Origin: Paramecium tetraurelia
Taxonomy: Eukaryota
Assembly: GCA_000165425.1 (NCBI GenBank)
Contig: CT868492.1
Coordinates: 62,001-126,000 of the forward strand
Length of the DNA: 64,000 nt
Direction of reading: 5' to 3'
In this document: positions 1 through 11,604 of the stretch, in pieces
How positions within the stretch are numbered: the stretch's first letter is position 1
Layout of the letters: the number at the start of each line of letters is the position of its first letter
Notes under the pieces: generated by a model
Seen by the model: the letters and a program-made list of their open reading frames with translations, nothing else
What the model was told of the DNA's origin: nothing
Databases searched by the model: none
Translations under genes and position numbers: made by a program

Positions 1-320
1 GTGGCTAACAGACATACAAAAAAGATTTCATCACTCATGTCTCCATATGCAACCCATCAACAGATTGCATTTGTGGCTCCACCAATCAACACGACTAATA
101 AAAATGTCTCAGATTGCAATGTGAAACTCTCAAAAGTCAACTTAATACTCAAACCAAAGAATTATTACTACTCAAAGATGTTTAAACTACACTCTCCTAC
201 TCCAGTCCCCAAAAGTAAATCAATAGAGTGGTTATCAATCAATCGCCTTATGTGGCTACATCCCCTTTCTCATTGCAAGGTTTACTACAATAATCGGCTC
301 AAATTTTAAATGATGGATGA
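1..320 (+). CDS. 3' end of a hypothetical protein with Cys/His cluster (TRAF-type zinc-finger-like) and short coiled coil; 5' truncated by window
   Basis: Frame 3 open in ciliate code: GQQTYKKDFITHVSICNPSTDCICGSTNQHDQQKCLRLQCETLKSQL...ILNDG-TGA(318-320). Confidence 0.6.
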
Positions 321-731
321 ACTTATTTATTTATTGATGCATTTTATTCACTCAAAACTTAAATTTTACATTTTACATTTTATTTTTCATGTTATTGCTA
401 TGCAAATTGCTTAATAAATTAATTAATTTACATGAATTTGTCTTTACAATAATGTGAATGTAATTATAATATCAAATTACTCAAAATCGATTGGACTAAG
501 AATTATTAAATTTCTATTTAGAAAATTTGTTTATATTTTTCAATATAAGAAAGTCATTAAATATTTAATATTTAACTAAATAGTTTTTTACTTATTTTGT
601 AACCAACAAATGCATAAATGAGATCTCGTTAGATTTCTTAATAAATATATTTTTGTTATTCATTCAAAAGGTGATTCGAATAGACATACAAGCAATTAAT
701 GTGTTCTTATAAAGTCATAATAAATTAAAAA

Positions 732-1013
732 ATGATGCGGGGCCCTAAATATTAACAGCAAAACATTCAGGAACTTTGCAGATCGAAATTTGATGACGAC
801 GACGATCCAGAAATAGATCAGAATGTTAGGGTGGATAGATTTGGAAACCCAATCAATAAAAAATTAAAGTTTCGCATATGTTTTAGAGATGAAATACTTC
901 CTTCTCAATAAGTGTTTGACATTCGCGTAGTTGAAAATTGGAAACTCTACAATCTGATGGAGGAAAAAGAGGAAGCTGATGCTTGCTGTAAACAATTTTG
1001 TTAGATTATATGA
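732..1013 (+). CDS. 93-aa small protein with RVxF-like motif and C-terminal CaaX box
   Basis: MMRGPKY...RVDRFGNPINKKLKFRICFRDEIL...DIRVVENWKLYN...DACCKQFCQII-TGA; intronless, ATG732 to TGA1011-1013. Confidence 0.8.
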
Positions 1014-1019
1014 AATTTA

Positions 1020-2430
1020 TCATTATAACACTTTTTCTGCCATTTAAGAGGGTAACAATTTATATAATATATCTACGCGATTCTGATATTTTGGATCAAG
1101 CGTCTCTCGTTGTTTGTTGGATAATAATTTCATCTAAGTCCTATATCCGTCATATTCTACTGGACTAGAAAATAAATGACTAACACGGTTCACTTATTCC
1201 CATACTGATTCTTTTTTCTGCTTCTCCAACAACTGAGGCTTCAGGTCAATCTAACAAGAATGCTGCTTCTGATTCTTCTGTATCTTCCCAATCCTTTTAA
1301 TTTCCTCCTTCATCCTCAATTGCTCATGGTGGTACTTATTGAAATTCACATCATCCTAATTGATTTTCAGTCTTTCGCCTATGATTTTTGATCGTTCGGA
1401 TAGTAATTGAGACTTCAAATTCACTACCTTCTCGATCTTATCCTCGATCTTTTACTGCAAGTCGGAATCAAAGACCAATGATTATGTTTTATTTCTAATT
1501 GAAATTTTCTATTTGAATGGTTTGCTAAGTTGGCTCTATTTTAGTCTCAATTTTTGCAATTTTTCACATTGCTTAGTAATCAACATTTGATATAGTTCGT
1601 TATCGAGTTGTTCTTTCTTGTTTTTCACTTCTTCAAGATTGGACTTTTAAAAATGCAGTTTCACTTCGGTCTTGAATTATTGAATTCTTTCTGTTGCTTT
1701 CTTTTCTAATGATGAATACATGGTTACCCTTGTCTTTTAATTTTTGGAACTGTTCTTCCTATTATTTCTCCTCCTATTGCAGAATTTGCTATCTTTTGAC
1801 AAGAAACTTTTCAGTCGAAGTTATAAAGAACTTCTCCTTGTTCTCATATTCACGTTGCGTTTCGCATCTTTTGAGTGACTATTCTGTTTTCAACAACTAG
1901 ACAGAAGGCTTTGATTGGATTGTAATTGGTTAAGAAGGTTGGGTTGGTAATTTGGATTTACGTTCTAAAATTTTATTCTTTTATTGATAATATTAAGCAA
2001 ACTTTTTTTGTCTTAGAAGCTCTTAATAAATGAGATTCTAAAGCACTCTCTCCTGAGCTGATACGTTTTGGGAATGTTCCTCTACAGTATCAACAATCGA
2101 AGAAAATTGAACATTGGTTTAAGTAGGTAACTCAGATAAACCAGTAGTTTTGTTCCTACTTCTCACATTGTTTATTTCATTTACTATTTCTAGTTTATTT
2201 AAAATTTAAGATTTTACTAAGCACTCTAGCTTTGTAATGCTCATACTTTACTTATCTCAACTCATTATTGACTGATTAAAATTCCTCTATGGATCTAAAG
2301 AGTATAATAACTGAGCCTTGTACCTATATGTGAGATCCTCTGGACGATATCCTAATCTTCTACACAGTCTGATTGTGGATACAGATTCTGGTTAGGTAGA
2401 TTCAATCAATTTCTTAAAATTATCATCCAT
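1020..2430 (-). CDS. Hypothetical coiled-coil protein
   Basis: MDDNFKKLIESTQPESVSTIRLCRRLGYRPEDLTYR/SIEEF...; 29-nt GTA..TAG intron 2295-2323; ends ...LLPSQMAEKVLQ-TGA(1022-1020). Confidence 0.75.
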
Positions 2431-2439
2431 TTATATATA

Positions 2440-5400
2440 TCACAATTATTATACATAAGTTTCATAAGCCTTCAAATTCAATCCGTTGTAATATTTATCA
2501 AATGGATTATGCCCACCATCAAAGATTCCCTGAATCAATGGTTATCCATATAAGTCCATTTGTTCCTTCAAAATTTCATCACCATCCAATCCCAATTTAT
2601 TGAAAAAGGAACTGTCTATCAAATATTCAGCATATTCGAATATTGATTTTACGACATTCCTTTTTGGCTTACTGATCTCAGGAGTAAAGACTTCTTGGGG
2701 TGAATAAGGATTAAAATTAAAATCCTTCAATCTAATCAACTTTTACAATTATCCAATTCAGTATCTAGAATGATGCTAACTCTTGACCTATCATCTTTCC
2801 TTGAATTATACGATTCCACAGTTTACACATCTTTGAACAGATGTAAGGACAATCTAAACAAAATAAAAATGTATCAATTGATTAAATGAACACACTTTCA
2901 TCTTATTTCAACTTATCCTCACAGAAGATTCTATAAGTCTAAATAATTTAGGTCATGTTTCTATGACAAAGACACAGTGGAGGCAACATCTGCAATTCCT
3001 TCTGCAATTATGGTCTATTTGATTTATTCATACTAATTATTTTGAATTAGGGTTAGACATCCCCACTTAGTCGTGTTATGAGTCCTGAAATTCCTCCTCT
3101 TTTGCATCGGATATCATCCTTAGCAATTGAGACTATTTATTCGATAGTACCTCCCTTCAAGGGCAATATAAATGTACCTAACCTCATTATGTGTGCTACA
3201 GGTATCTCTGCAAAACAACAACTGATTTTATGCACTTGATTATTCTCTTTAAAGTAACTAATAAATTCAAACACCAAAATCAGATTCAATTTCTCTTTCT
3301 GATTCTCACAATTCAAATAGAATCCATTATTTCTATTCTTCACTGGAAAATACCAAATATCCTCATTTTCAGGAAGGTATTTAGCTTTGAGAACGAGACT
3401 GTTCTCAGAAAATTGCTTATAAAAGTTATCGTAAATCGCCACGACTATTTCTCTTTTGAAACAAGTGCTTTTATCTTTTGGAGAAGGAATACCTTATGCC
3501 TCTAATAACTTGATCTTGCATGAATTGTTTCCAGAACATGGAGGATGAACTTGAATGTTTCCCAACAAATCCAGTTTATATCGAAAAGTATAGCTAGGTA
3601 GGTTGGCCTTAGAAGTAAAGGGTCGACAATAATTCAATGGAAGTTTAGAGTATAAGACTTTATGCATCTTTAACGAATTATCATAATATCCTTTCATCTA
3701 TTTAAGAAGCTTTTCTTACTCTAAATAATAACTCATTCAGTTTGTAATCTAGTATTGGATGCACATGTATCAAATAGAATAAATTGCTCAACTTTATGTT
3801 ACCTTTCTCCTCTTTGTCCAAAATAGAAAATAAATACTGTATATCTTCGAATTTAACATTTAATCTGATTTTCTCAAACAAAGTTCTAGAATAATGAAAT
3901 AACAAATTACTTTAATAGTGGAATATTTACTATATCAGTTTCTTCCTCCTTGTATTAATCCAATTCCTTTTTGAGATTGTAAATCAGTTTAGCTGAATTA
4001 AAGAAATACTTTAATTGTTGCATTATCACCTTTTCAAAGCTGAAATAATCATAAGATTTTTAATTAAGTAATTTTTATCCATTGATGACAACTCCAATTC
4101 TAAGTAATCCTGAAAACATTTGTTATTATGTTAAGATTTTCACTTTTTATTCATCAAGTTCATTAAATAAACAATATATATCATTTCTAAGAGAAATACT
4201 TTATAATTATTAAAGTCTTTCTTTTTCCTTTTCTTTTTCTTTCTCCTTCTCTTTTTCCTTATTATCTTTCTCTTTATTATCTTTATTATCTTTATTGTCT
4301 TTATTGTCTTTATTATCTTTATTATCTTTATTATCCTTATTATCCTTACTCTCTTTATTGTCTTTTTCAATCTACTTTTCTGATGCCTTTTCTTACTACC
4401 TTTCTGATGATTTTTCTTATTATCTACTAGATACTTATTAAAGCACTGGTTACTTATCCCTAAGAGCTGATTAGGGCTAGGATATTGCACTCAAAGGCAA
4501 TTATAGCTATTACCTTAAGGATTATCCTTGCTAAGATTGTCCTTACTTGATTAATGAGGGAGGTTATAACATTTATTATGATGCCCCTTTAGATTGATCT
4601 ATTTTTTCTTAAATCTCCTTCGATTATTGGATTTTTTCTGATTCAGGCTATGAAATTTCATATTTCTTTTTGTTTATAAACTAAGTGAATTCAATCACAT
4701 TGATGTCCTCTTCTTCTTTGTCTATTTTTTCCTCTCTAATCATTTCATAAATCTATAGGGCTTTATCCTTATCAATTACAAAACCAGTTAATATAATTGT
4801 TTATTCTATAAAGGTTTCTTTGTCCATTTTAAATAGCTATTCCTATTTGAAATACTAATCAGGCAATGTAACAGATTTTTCGACGACGCTTTTTAAGTAT
4901 TCTAAAATAATATCTTTTTGAAGTAGTTTTTGTTTTTCTTGTTCCTATTATTTTTATATTCTTTCATCTTCGATCACCTTCAAGGCATCGTTCATAAGTT
5001 TCGAATAAATTATGATATCTTCATCTTTATCTTTAGCTAAATACTTACGCAGAGCCAATAACTCTTGCTTTGACAAAGCTCTATCTATAAATTTGGTTAT
5101 GATGCTTAAAAACTTTTATATTTAAATTTCATCTGTAACACCCTGATCTTCATCTCTTAATAATCGAAATATCTATTCAATTGACCCATTTTTGATGATT
5201 GATTTTACAACATTTTAATAAGCATTAAAATTAAATTTCTTATCCACTTATTCTGCAATTTTAGACAACTTTTATTTAAAAACCTGTAAATTGTAGATAT
5301 TGTTTCCGTAGTCTGTCATTAGATTATAAATTTACTATAATTTTCCTTCATCCAAACCCCACATCCATTCTCTATTTAATAACTTCAAAGTTTCCACAGA

Positions 5401-6354
5401 GATCAATTTATCTGGCCCAGTCACTTCTTCAAAAAAGATATCCAACAATAGTCTATACTTGTTAACTATGTAATTTATGGCCATCATAACTAACTCTCCC
5501 AAGTCTTCTACGAGACTGCAACATAATTTTATAGTTGAAATAGTGTCCAATTTGGGTACTCTGTAGTATTTCTAAACTATTCTCTTCTAATCCTATTGTA
5601 AGTCAATAGATATTGATTTAAGAGCATGATCTAATTCATCCATTCTGATTTAAAATTCAACCAAGGCATCATCATACATTATAAACAAATCGAAAGGGTG
5701 AGCTTACTTAAAGGCAAACTAAGTTTTGAGTTGTTCAATTAATTCAATTCGTATTGCTTCGTCGTTTCTTTCTTGAACCTCCAACATGTATAGTCTCTAG
5801 GTTTTTAAAATGATAGTATTTTGTCTCTCCGTCTTTTAATCTGGACTGTCCTCAGCTGAACTTACTTCTTCTTATTCTTTATCCTATTTTTCTACCTCCT
5901 ATTTTTCTACCTCTTATATTTCTTTTTCATTTTCTAGTTCCTATTTATCCTTTCCAATAGCTTCATATAATTTTTAGAGATCATCTACTTCCTTTTCTTC
6001 CTTATCTGGCTCTTTTATTTATTCTGATTGTGGTTCTTGAATGTCTTAATTATTATTGTTGAATTAATTAAATTAAATTTCTCCTTCTTCAGGCTATTTA
6101 TCAAAAGACATGTATTTAGATGACTCATCTCCTTCGTCTTCATCCTCTTAAATGGGTTGGTCTTGGAAAGCATTTTGTTGATCTGATTGAGTTTATTATT
6201 ATTGTTATTCGGCTTGTTATTTTTCGACATGAAAACCCTTTGAAAATATAGTAAGAGGTGGATTGGGATTTTGTTCCTATTGTTAGGCATTCTCATTATC
6301 TGAAGATCCTTTGGACTCCGAATCTGGTTCTAAGTTGAGTTCTTAATCAGACAT
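2440..6354 (-). CDS. Large protein with acidic low-complexity N-terminus, EF-hand-like motif and C-terminal nephrocystin-1 (NPHP1)-like C2/helical domain (paralog A); apparent +1 frameshift near 2757
   Basis: GIPSPKDKSTCFKREIVVAIYD...KAKYLPENEDIWYF...LILVFEFISY...ISCCFAEIP...LPLKGGT...LQMLPPLCL...GHNPFD parallels the NPHP1 C-terminal domain (IPLP..SRHVRLCLFD..RATW..TWTF..ILFELGISY..LSCGW..LNGGT..LSLLP..HEPFD); introns of 22 nt (~3698-3719) and 25 nt (~3886-3910). Confidence 0.7.
4215..4366 (-). repeat. Coding 9-bp tandem repeat (AARGAYAAT, Lys-Asp-Asn x~8) followed by (Glu-Lys)n
   Basis: Plus strand (tttattatc/tttattgtc)n; translates KDNKDNKDN...EKEKEKEK in the frame of the NPHP1-like gene. 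Confidence 0.85.
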
Positions 6355-6474
6355 TTTATAATTAATTAAATGAGTTTATAAAACACTTATAATGTAATTA
6401 GTTTATTATATATATATAAGATATGTTATTGAATTGATCTATCACTTGATAAAATAATATTATAAATTCATTAA

Positions 6475-7954
6475 TCAGAAAGCTGTGAATGAAAGTTACA
6501 CAGATCTAGATATTAGTTATATATTGATACCTTCCATTAATCTTGGCATCTTAGATATATCCTAAGACACTTAGACTGCATCCTATGTCGGAATACAGAA
6601 TTTTGCAAGAGCTCTGATTGATGAATCTAGAGAATATGGATTAAATAGGATACTTCATATTTAAGATGGGAGTGATACACCCGAAATATTGATATATTTG
6701 TTCTATGGTAACTCCAGATAGTCCGGTGATCAAGATTGAGTTTGATAGTGATTGTTAAAGAACTGGTTTTCTGTCATTGGGAGGCAAACTAACTTAGCGA
6801 GCGTCATGAGAAAGTTGATCTGAAACCACAAGATTCATAGGCATTCCAAAAAGCATGGCTTTGCCAAGTAGATTTTTCATTCGAATAGCTTCTTCTTTGG
6901 AAGGGATTTGAAGAAAAGCTCCGTAATTGCTTTGATAAATGGCATCAACTCGTGTGAATGTACTAAAGATGTTATACACCACTCGAAGATTGATGTTGGG
7001 ATGCTGGACCATCAAATAGGTTGGGAAGGTAGTTGGAGTCATTATAAATGGACTGCCAATTCTTTTTTAGGGGTAAGGAGTAAAAGGACTGGCACCACAA
7101 GAAAAAGGATTTGTGGAGTCATTACAAAAGACTTCATTGTAATTGTCTTCGGAATGAGTAGATTTCTAAGATTTTTCTGAAGATTGGGAGGAGATACTCT
7201 CTCCATCTGAGAACTCCTCTTTGTCGTCTTCTGAAGACTCTTCTGGAATCTGATGTCTGATTGAGTCCAAAGTGGAGTGTAAAAAGGGGGAAGGTGATGG
7301 AGTGGTAACGGCGGAAACGATTTATTTTTGTTTCTTTCCCTCTCTTTGTAAAACGGATGCATAATTGCGCAATTGCTGCTGGTAAAGAACGGTCAATTAT
7401 TGAGTTTGATTGCGGAACTCCTAGATCTGTTGGATTAGGGACATTTGTTCTTTTAAATCTGCCGTTTAGCTTACTTGGACTATAAGCTTATTCAGCATGT
7501 CAAGATTCTACTGTAGTTGTTGATTGAGAGAGCCTGAGTCTTCCTTCAACTGCTAGAAAAACTGTTGCTTTGATTAAAGAGTAGTATAATCTATATGATA
7601 GAAAAAGAAAAATTACCAACACCACAGTTGTTATTATTCTAAAACACCAGAGAATCACGTTGGCTGAGGTGCACTCTCATTTTAAGTTGGTAATCAAAGA
7701 GAGTCCCGTCTAAAACTAAAGCAGCTTGGGCCTGCTAAGCATTCTCATACTCGATGAACACCTTCCAAATGATCTTTCTTTCGAATATAAGAATCTAAAC
7801 ACAAAATAAAATGAAGAAGTACCTTTTTGACTTGCCCAAAAACTGAAAAGGTTCTGAAGAACTGGCTATGCTCTAATACTTTCCCCTATTTATTGGTGAC
7901 TAAAACCAGGATCACAGGGGTTGGTGAACTTGGTGATGGTGAATTCTTGTTCAT
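6475..7954 (-). CDS. PTB / hnRNP-L-like multi-RRM RNA-binding protein
   Basis: PVILVLVTN...FSVFGQVKK/ILIFERKIIWKVFIEYENAQQAQAALVLDG...MRVHLSQRDSL; second RRM YGAFLQIPSKEEAIRMKNLL; C-terminal INGRSVQLSFTAF-TGA; introns 7795-7822, 7591-7616, 6506-6530. Confidence 0.8.
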
Positions 7955-8821
7955 AAAAAATAATAATATTTCATAAATCTAAATTTTGTTCTCCCTAAAT
8001 ACTCTCTTAATCACTTTCTTAATTTACTGCGTTATAAATATCGAAACTTAAATCCTCAATCCTAGACTTTTTTCTTAAGAATATTTCCCTAACCTTTCAA
8101 AACATGTTGTTAGTCAAATTTCATAATTTCCCAGACCATTTTTTGAATTTATATAAAAGATCATAATACAGAATTTGTTAGGCAATTAAAAATGAATATT
8201 TTATATTTCAAATTACTCTATTCCCGCGGTCTTACTTCAACAACATCTCCCTTGCAATATCTTCCTTCTCTTCCATATCAAGGTCACCAGATCTTTCTCT
8301 TCAGCGGAAAAAAATAATAAAAAGTACTTATGATACTGTTGAAATTTAAAAATAATATTACTCTCACATTCCTCAATTTCTCAAGGCAATTTGAATGAGA
8401 AGGACAAACACAATCAAAATTACTTTGGGTTAGTGTAAAAATCAATAATTTCTTATGCTGATTTTAATTATTCTTTAATTATTTTTATTTTCCAAGTTAC
8501 TTATATTTTAATATATATTGGAAACAGATGATTAATACTTTTGATTAAAAATTGACTCCTAAAATTAGTTATCAATTCTGCCAACTATGATCATAATTGA
8601 AGTTTTGTAATGGGTTTGAGAGAAAAATGAGTAGGAATCAATTAAATTTTGAATAAATATTATATTTTTCTATAAAATAATTAATGAATGAATAAAAAAT
8701 AAAAACAAGAAGAAGTCATCTTAATCAAAACATTTAAGTAAATGATTTTATCCTGACGCTTTTACAATAATTTTGGATAACAAAATAAAAAGAGTTTTTT
8801 TAATAACATAATTTTATAATT

Positions 8822-10323
8822 ATGAAATCACCTGTAGTAACAGATAATTGCCGTAGAGCTAAAACAAATCCTGATCAAAGCTCACTGCTTAGCTATTCTG
8901 TAGCCAAGTCTTGTGCCTCAAGTGTAAATGCATTATTAATTAATAGGAACGAAAAACTTAAGTCAAAGTAGCTTGCAAAGTCTTATGCGAAATGAGAGAA
9001 GATGAATCAAGTAAATTGGCAATGAAATTCACCTAACTAAGAATTGTACTAGCCACTCAATCTCTTCTTCATAAATTATAAAAGTATAAATCTTCTAAAC
9101 TGTAAACATATTTTTGGATTCTATAATAAGAAAGAAAAACAACTTAACCCAATGGCTTCTTAGATCTTAATCAAACAATATCACTTCCTCCTGTTATGGA
9201 TGATCTATCCAACAATTAGATCAGAGAATAAATATAGCAAGACTAAAGTCAATAAATACCCGTAGCATCAGCAATTGTACTATCTCACATCCTCAGGAGA
9301 CTTGTTAATTAATAATAAAGATTGACCTTGAAGAGGATTAGGGCATAATCAAATTTCATAAAGGGTATTAAGTAAATTAAGAATTTGATCAAAAAATGCC
9401 AAAAGAGGTCTTGCTATTTGAGTATTCTAAGTATAATGAGATGCAATCAGAACAGAAAAGTGTTTAAAACAAGTTTTCTTGATTAAGATCATGAGATTTT
9501 ACCTTAAGATTAGATGGAAGAATAAATTATTCAACAACCTGAAGAAATGTCAATGAAGGAATAATTAGCTATTAAGTTTGCAAGCATTACAATTTTAACC
9601 TCTATTTTAAATGAGAAAATAAAAAAACAACAATTTTAATTATTTTTTAATATCATAAAGGGTCATTTTTAATTAAATAAATAATTAAGTTTCTCATAAA
9701 TGAATGAAATTACTTAGATATATGAATAATCATTTTTAGATCAAAATCATATTGTTACAGGATCTTAACGTTTGAGTCGAATAATTTATTTGAGATTAAA
9801 GGATTACTTTAATGAAATCCGAGCATGTCAGACAACAGGTGAACTCAAAAATGGATATTCCATTAATACCATACTTCAAAACAAGAATTCAGAATAATCA
9901 ATGAATAATTCATATGAGGATCTTTATACATAAAGAGTTCTGCCTTCACAATCTAAGCAAGATGAAGAGAACAATGAAGAGGAAATCCAAACACTTGCCA
10001 ATAGTGACTAATTCAAGATGCCATGCTCTTTACAGCACATTACTGATATTGAGGATTCCTACTAAAAATAATCTGAGGACCACATTGAATTACCAAAGGA
10101 GAGAGCGATTGTTTAGAAGAATAAACATGCAGATTTAATAAAGAATGCTGTTAAATCTTATTGTACTTAATAGTAGTAGGCAAAACACAGTGTTTAAGGA
10201 ACTCCAAGGACTTAACAGCATGAATAAAAAATAGAGGAGAATAAAAAATAGTTAAGGCAACTCTATATTCCTCACATGATTGGGATATGTATGATTGTTT
10301 TGATTATTTTGATTTTATAATGA
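8822..10323 (+). CDS. Hypothetical tail-anchored membrane protein (492 aa)
   Basis: 23-nt intron 8924-8946, then open frame ending LYIPHMIGICMIVLIILILQ-TGA; no signal peptide. Confidence 0.75.
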
Positions 10324-10351
10324 TTTAATATATTATTTAATAAAAATAAAT

Positions 10352-11148
10352 ATGTCAGGAGATTCATCATATTCAGAAGGGGCAGGTTGGATTTAATGGT
10401 TTTGCAATATGGAAGATCATCAATTTTTATGTGAAGTTGATAGTGATTTTATAAGAGACAACTTCAATTTGTATGGATTGAAGAGCAAATTCAATTTCTA
10501 TAAGTAAATATCAAAACTCAACAATTAGTGAGGCATTGGATTTGATTTTGAGTTCTGAGACTCCTGACGATGAAGATTTGGAAGATGAGCGTTTCCTGGA
10601 GGTTTATCAAGAAGCTACTGATTTGTATGGATTAATTCATGCCAGATTCATTATTACAGCAAAAGGTATCAATATTCATTATCGAGCAGGATTGGCATTG
10701 ATGAAAGATAAGTTTTTATCAGGAAAATTCGGTGCTTGTCCAAGAGTATTATGCGACAGATCAAATGTACTTCCTGTTGGAATGAGTGAGGAATTAAGAA
10801 CTTCTAGAGTGAAAGTATTCTGTCCAAGATGTGAGGAGGTGTACATTCCAAAGAAGAAATGCCCAGATGTTGATGGGGCATATTTTGGATGTTCATTCCC
10901 TTCAATCTTCATCATGGTATGAAGATGGTTAATTTAATAAGAACTTCGTCTAAGAAATTCAGATTGCTCCTAATAGTCAGCAGTATGTTCCAAGAATTTT
11001 TGGGTTTAGAGTGTACAAGAAGAAAGGGTCTCGTTATCAAGATACGCTGTAGAAACCTGCTGAAATCACTCATTATTCTGAGGAACAATTGAAGAAGTTG
11101 AGAGGCAAAAATGAATAGCAAAGCAAAGAGGATTATGTTCAAAAGTGA
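10352..11148 (+). CDS. CKB: Casein kinase II regulatory (beta) subunit
   Basis: WIQWFC...FLCEVDSDFIRDNFNLYGL; LYGLIHARFIIT; zinc ribbon CPRVLC...CPRCEEVY; DGAYFG; YVPRIFGFRV; introns 10504-10528, 10666-10689, 10917-10941. Confidence 0.97.
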
Positions 11149-11201
11149 ATATAGATAATTTGTTTTTATTATTAAAATTTTTAAATCTTTTTTAAATTAA
11201 A

Positions 11202-11539
11202 ATGCCTAAAGAAATTCAGGATGTTAAGGAGTTCCTCTCACTCATGAAGGGTAGTGATGCATAAGCAAAGGACCAAAATAAGGAACCAAAAAAGAGTAGA
11301 ATTTAATATCATTTTGATAGATCTCTACATTAAAGAGTCAAAGAAGATCACCAAATTCAAGTTGAGAGGAAAGAAATACCTCTTCACCTTCAAAACCGCT
11401 GATAAGAATAAGGCCTAAAAAATTCAATAAACACTCCCATAAAGTATTTAACCTAATTCACAATTACTTAGATGTCAACAAAATAGTTATTGGTGCAGGT
11501 GGAAAGAAACAATAAAACAAAAAGAAGTAAAAGAAATGA
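11202..11539 (+). CDS. RPL38: 60S ribosomal protein L38 (eL38)
   Basis: [12 protein letters not shown]...[31 protein letters not shown]; two tiny introns. Confidence 0.93.
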
Positions 11540-11604
11540 ACGCTGATTTATTACATATTCAAGAGTACATTATCTAAGAGCATTTATTTAATTTTTTATT
11601 TTTA

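Noticed and set aside
1..309. ORF-track 102-aa GTG-start ORF
   Set aside because: Frame 3, ending at TGA 318-320, is the more protein-like reading
4140..4490. ORF-track protein with (IIK)n and poly-K/R
   Set aside because: Shadow frame of the (KDN)n/(EK)n coding repeat in the NPHP1-like gene
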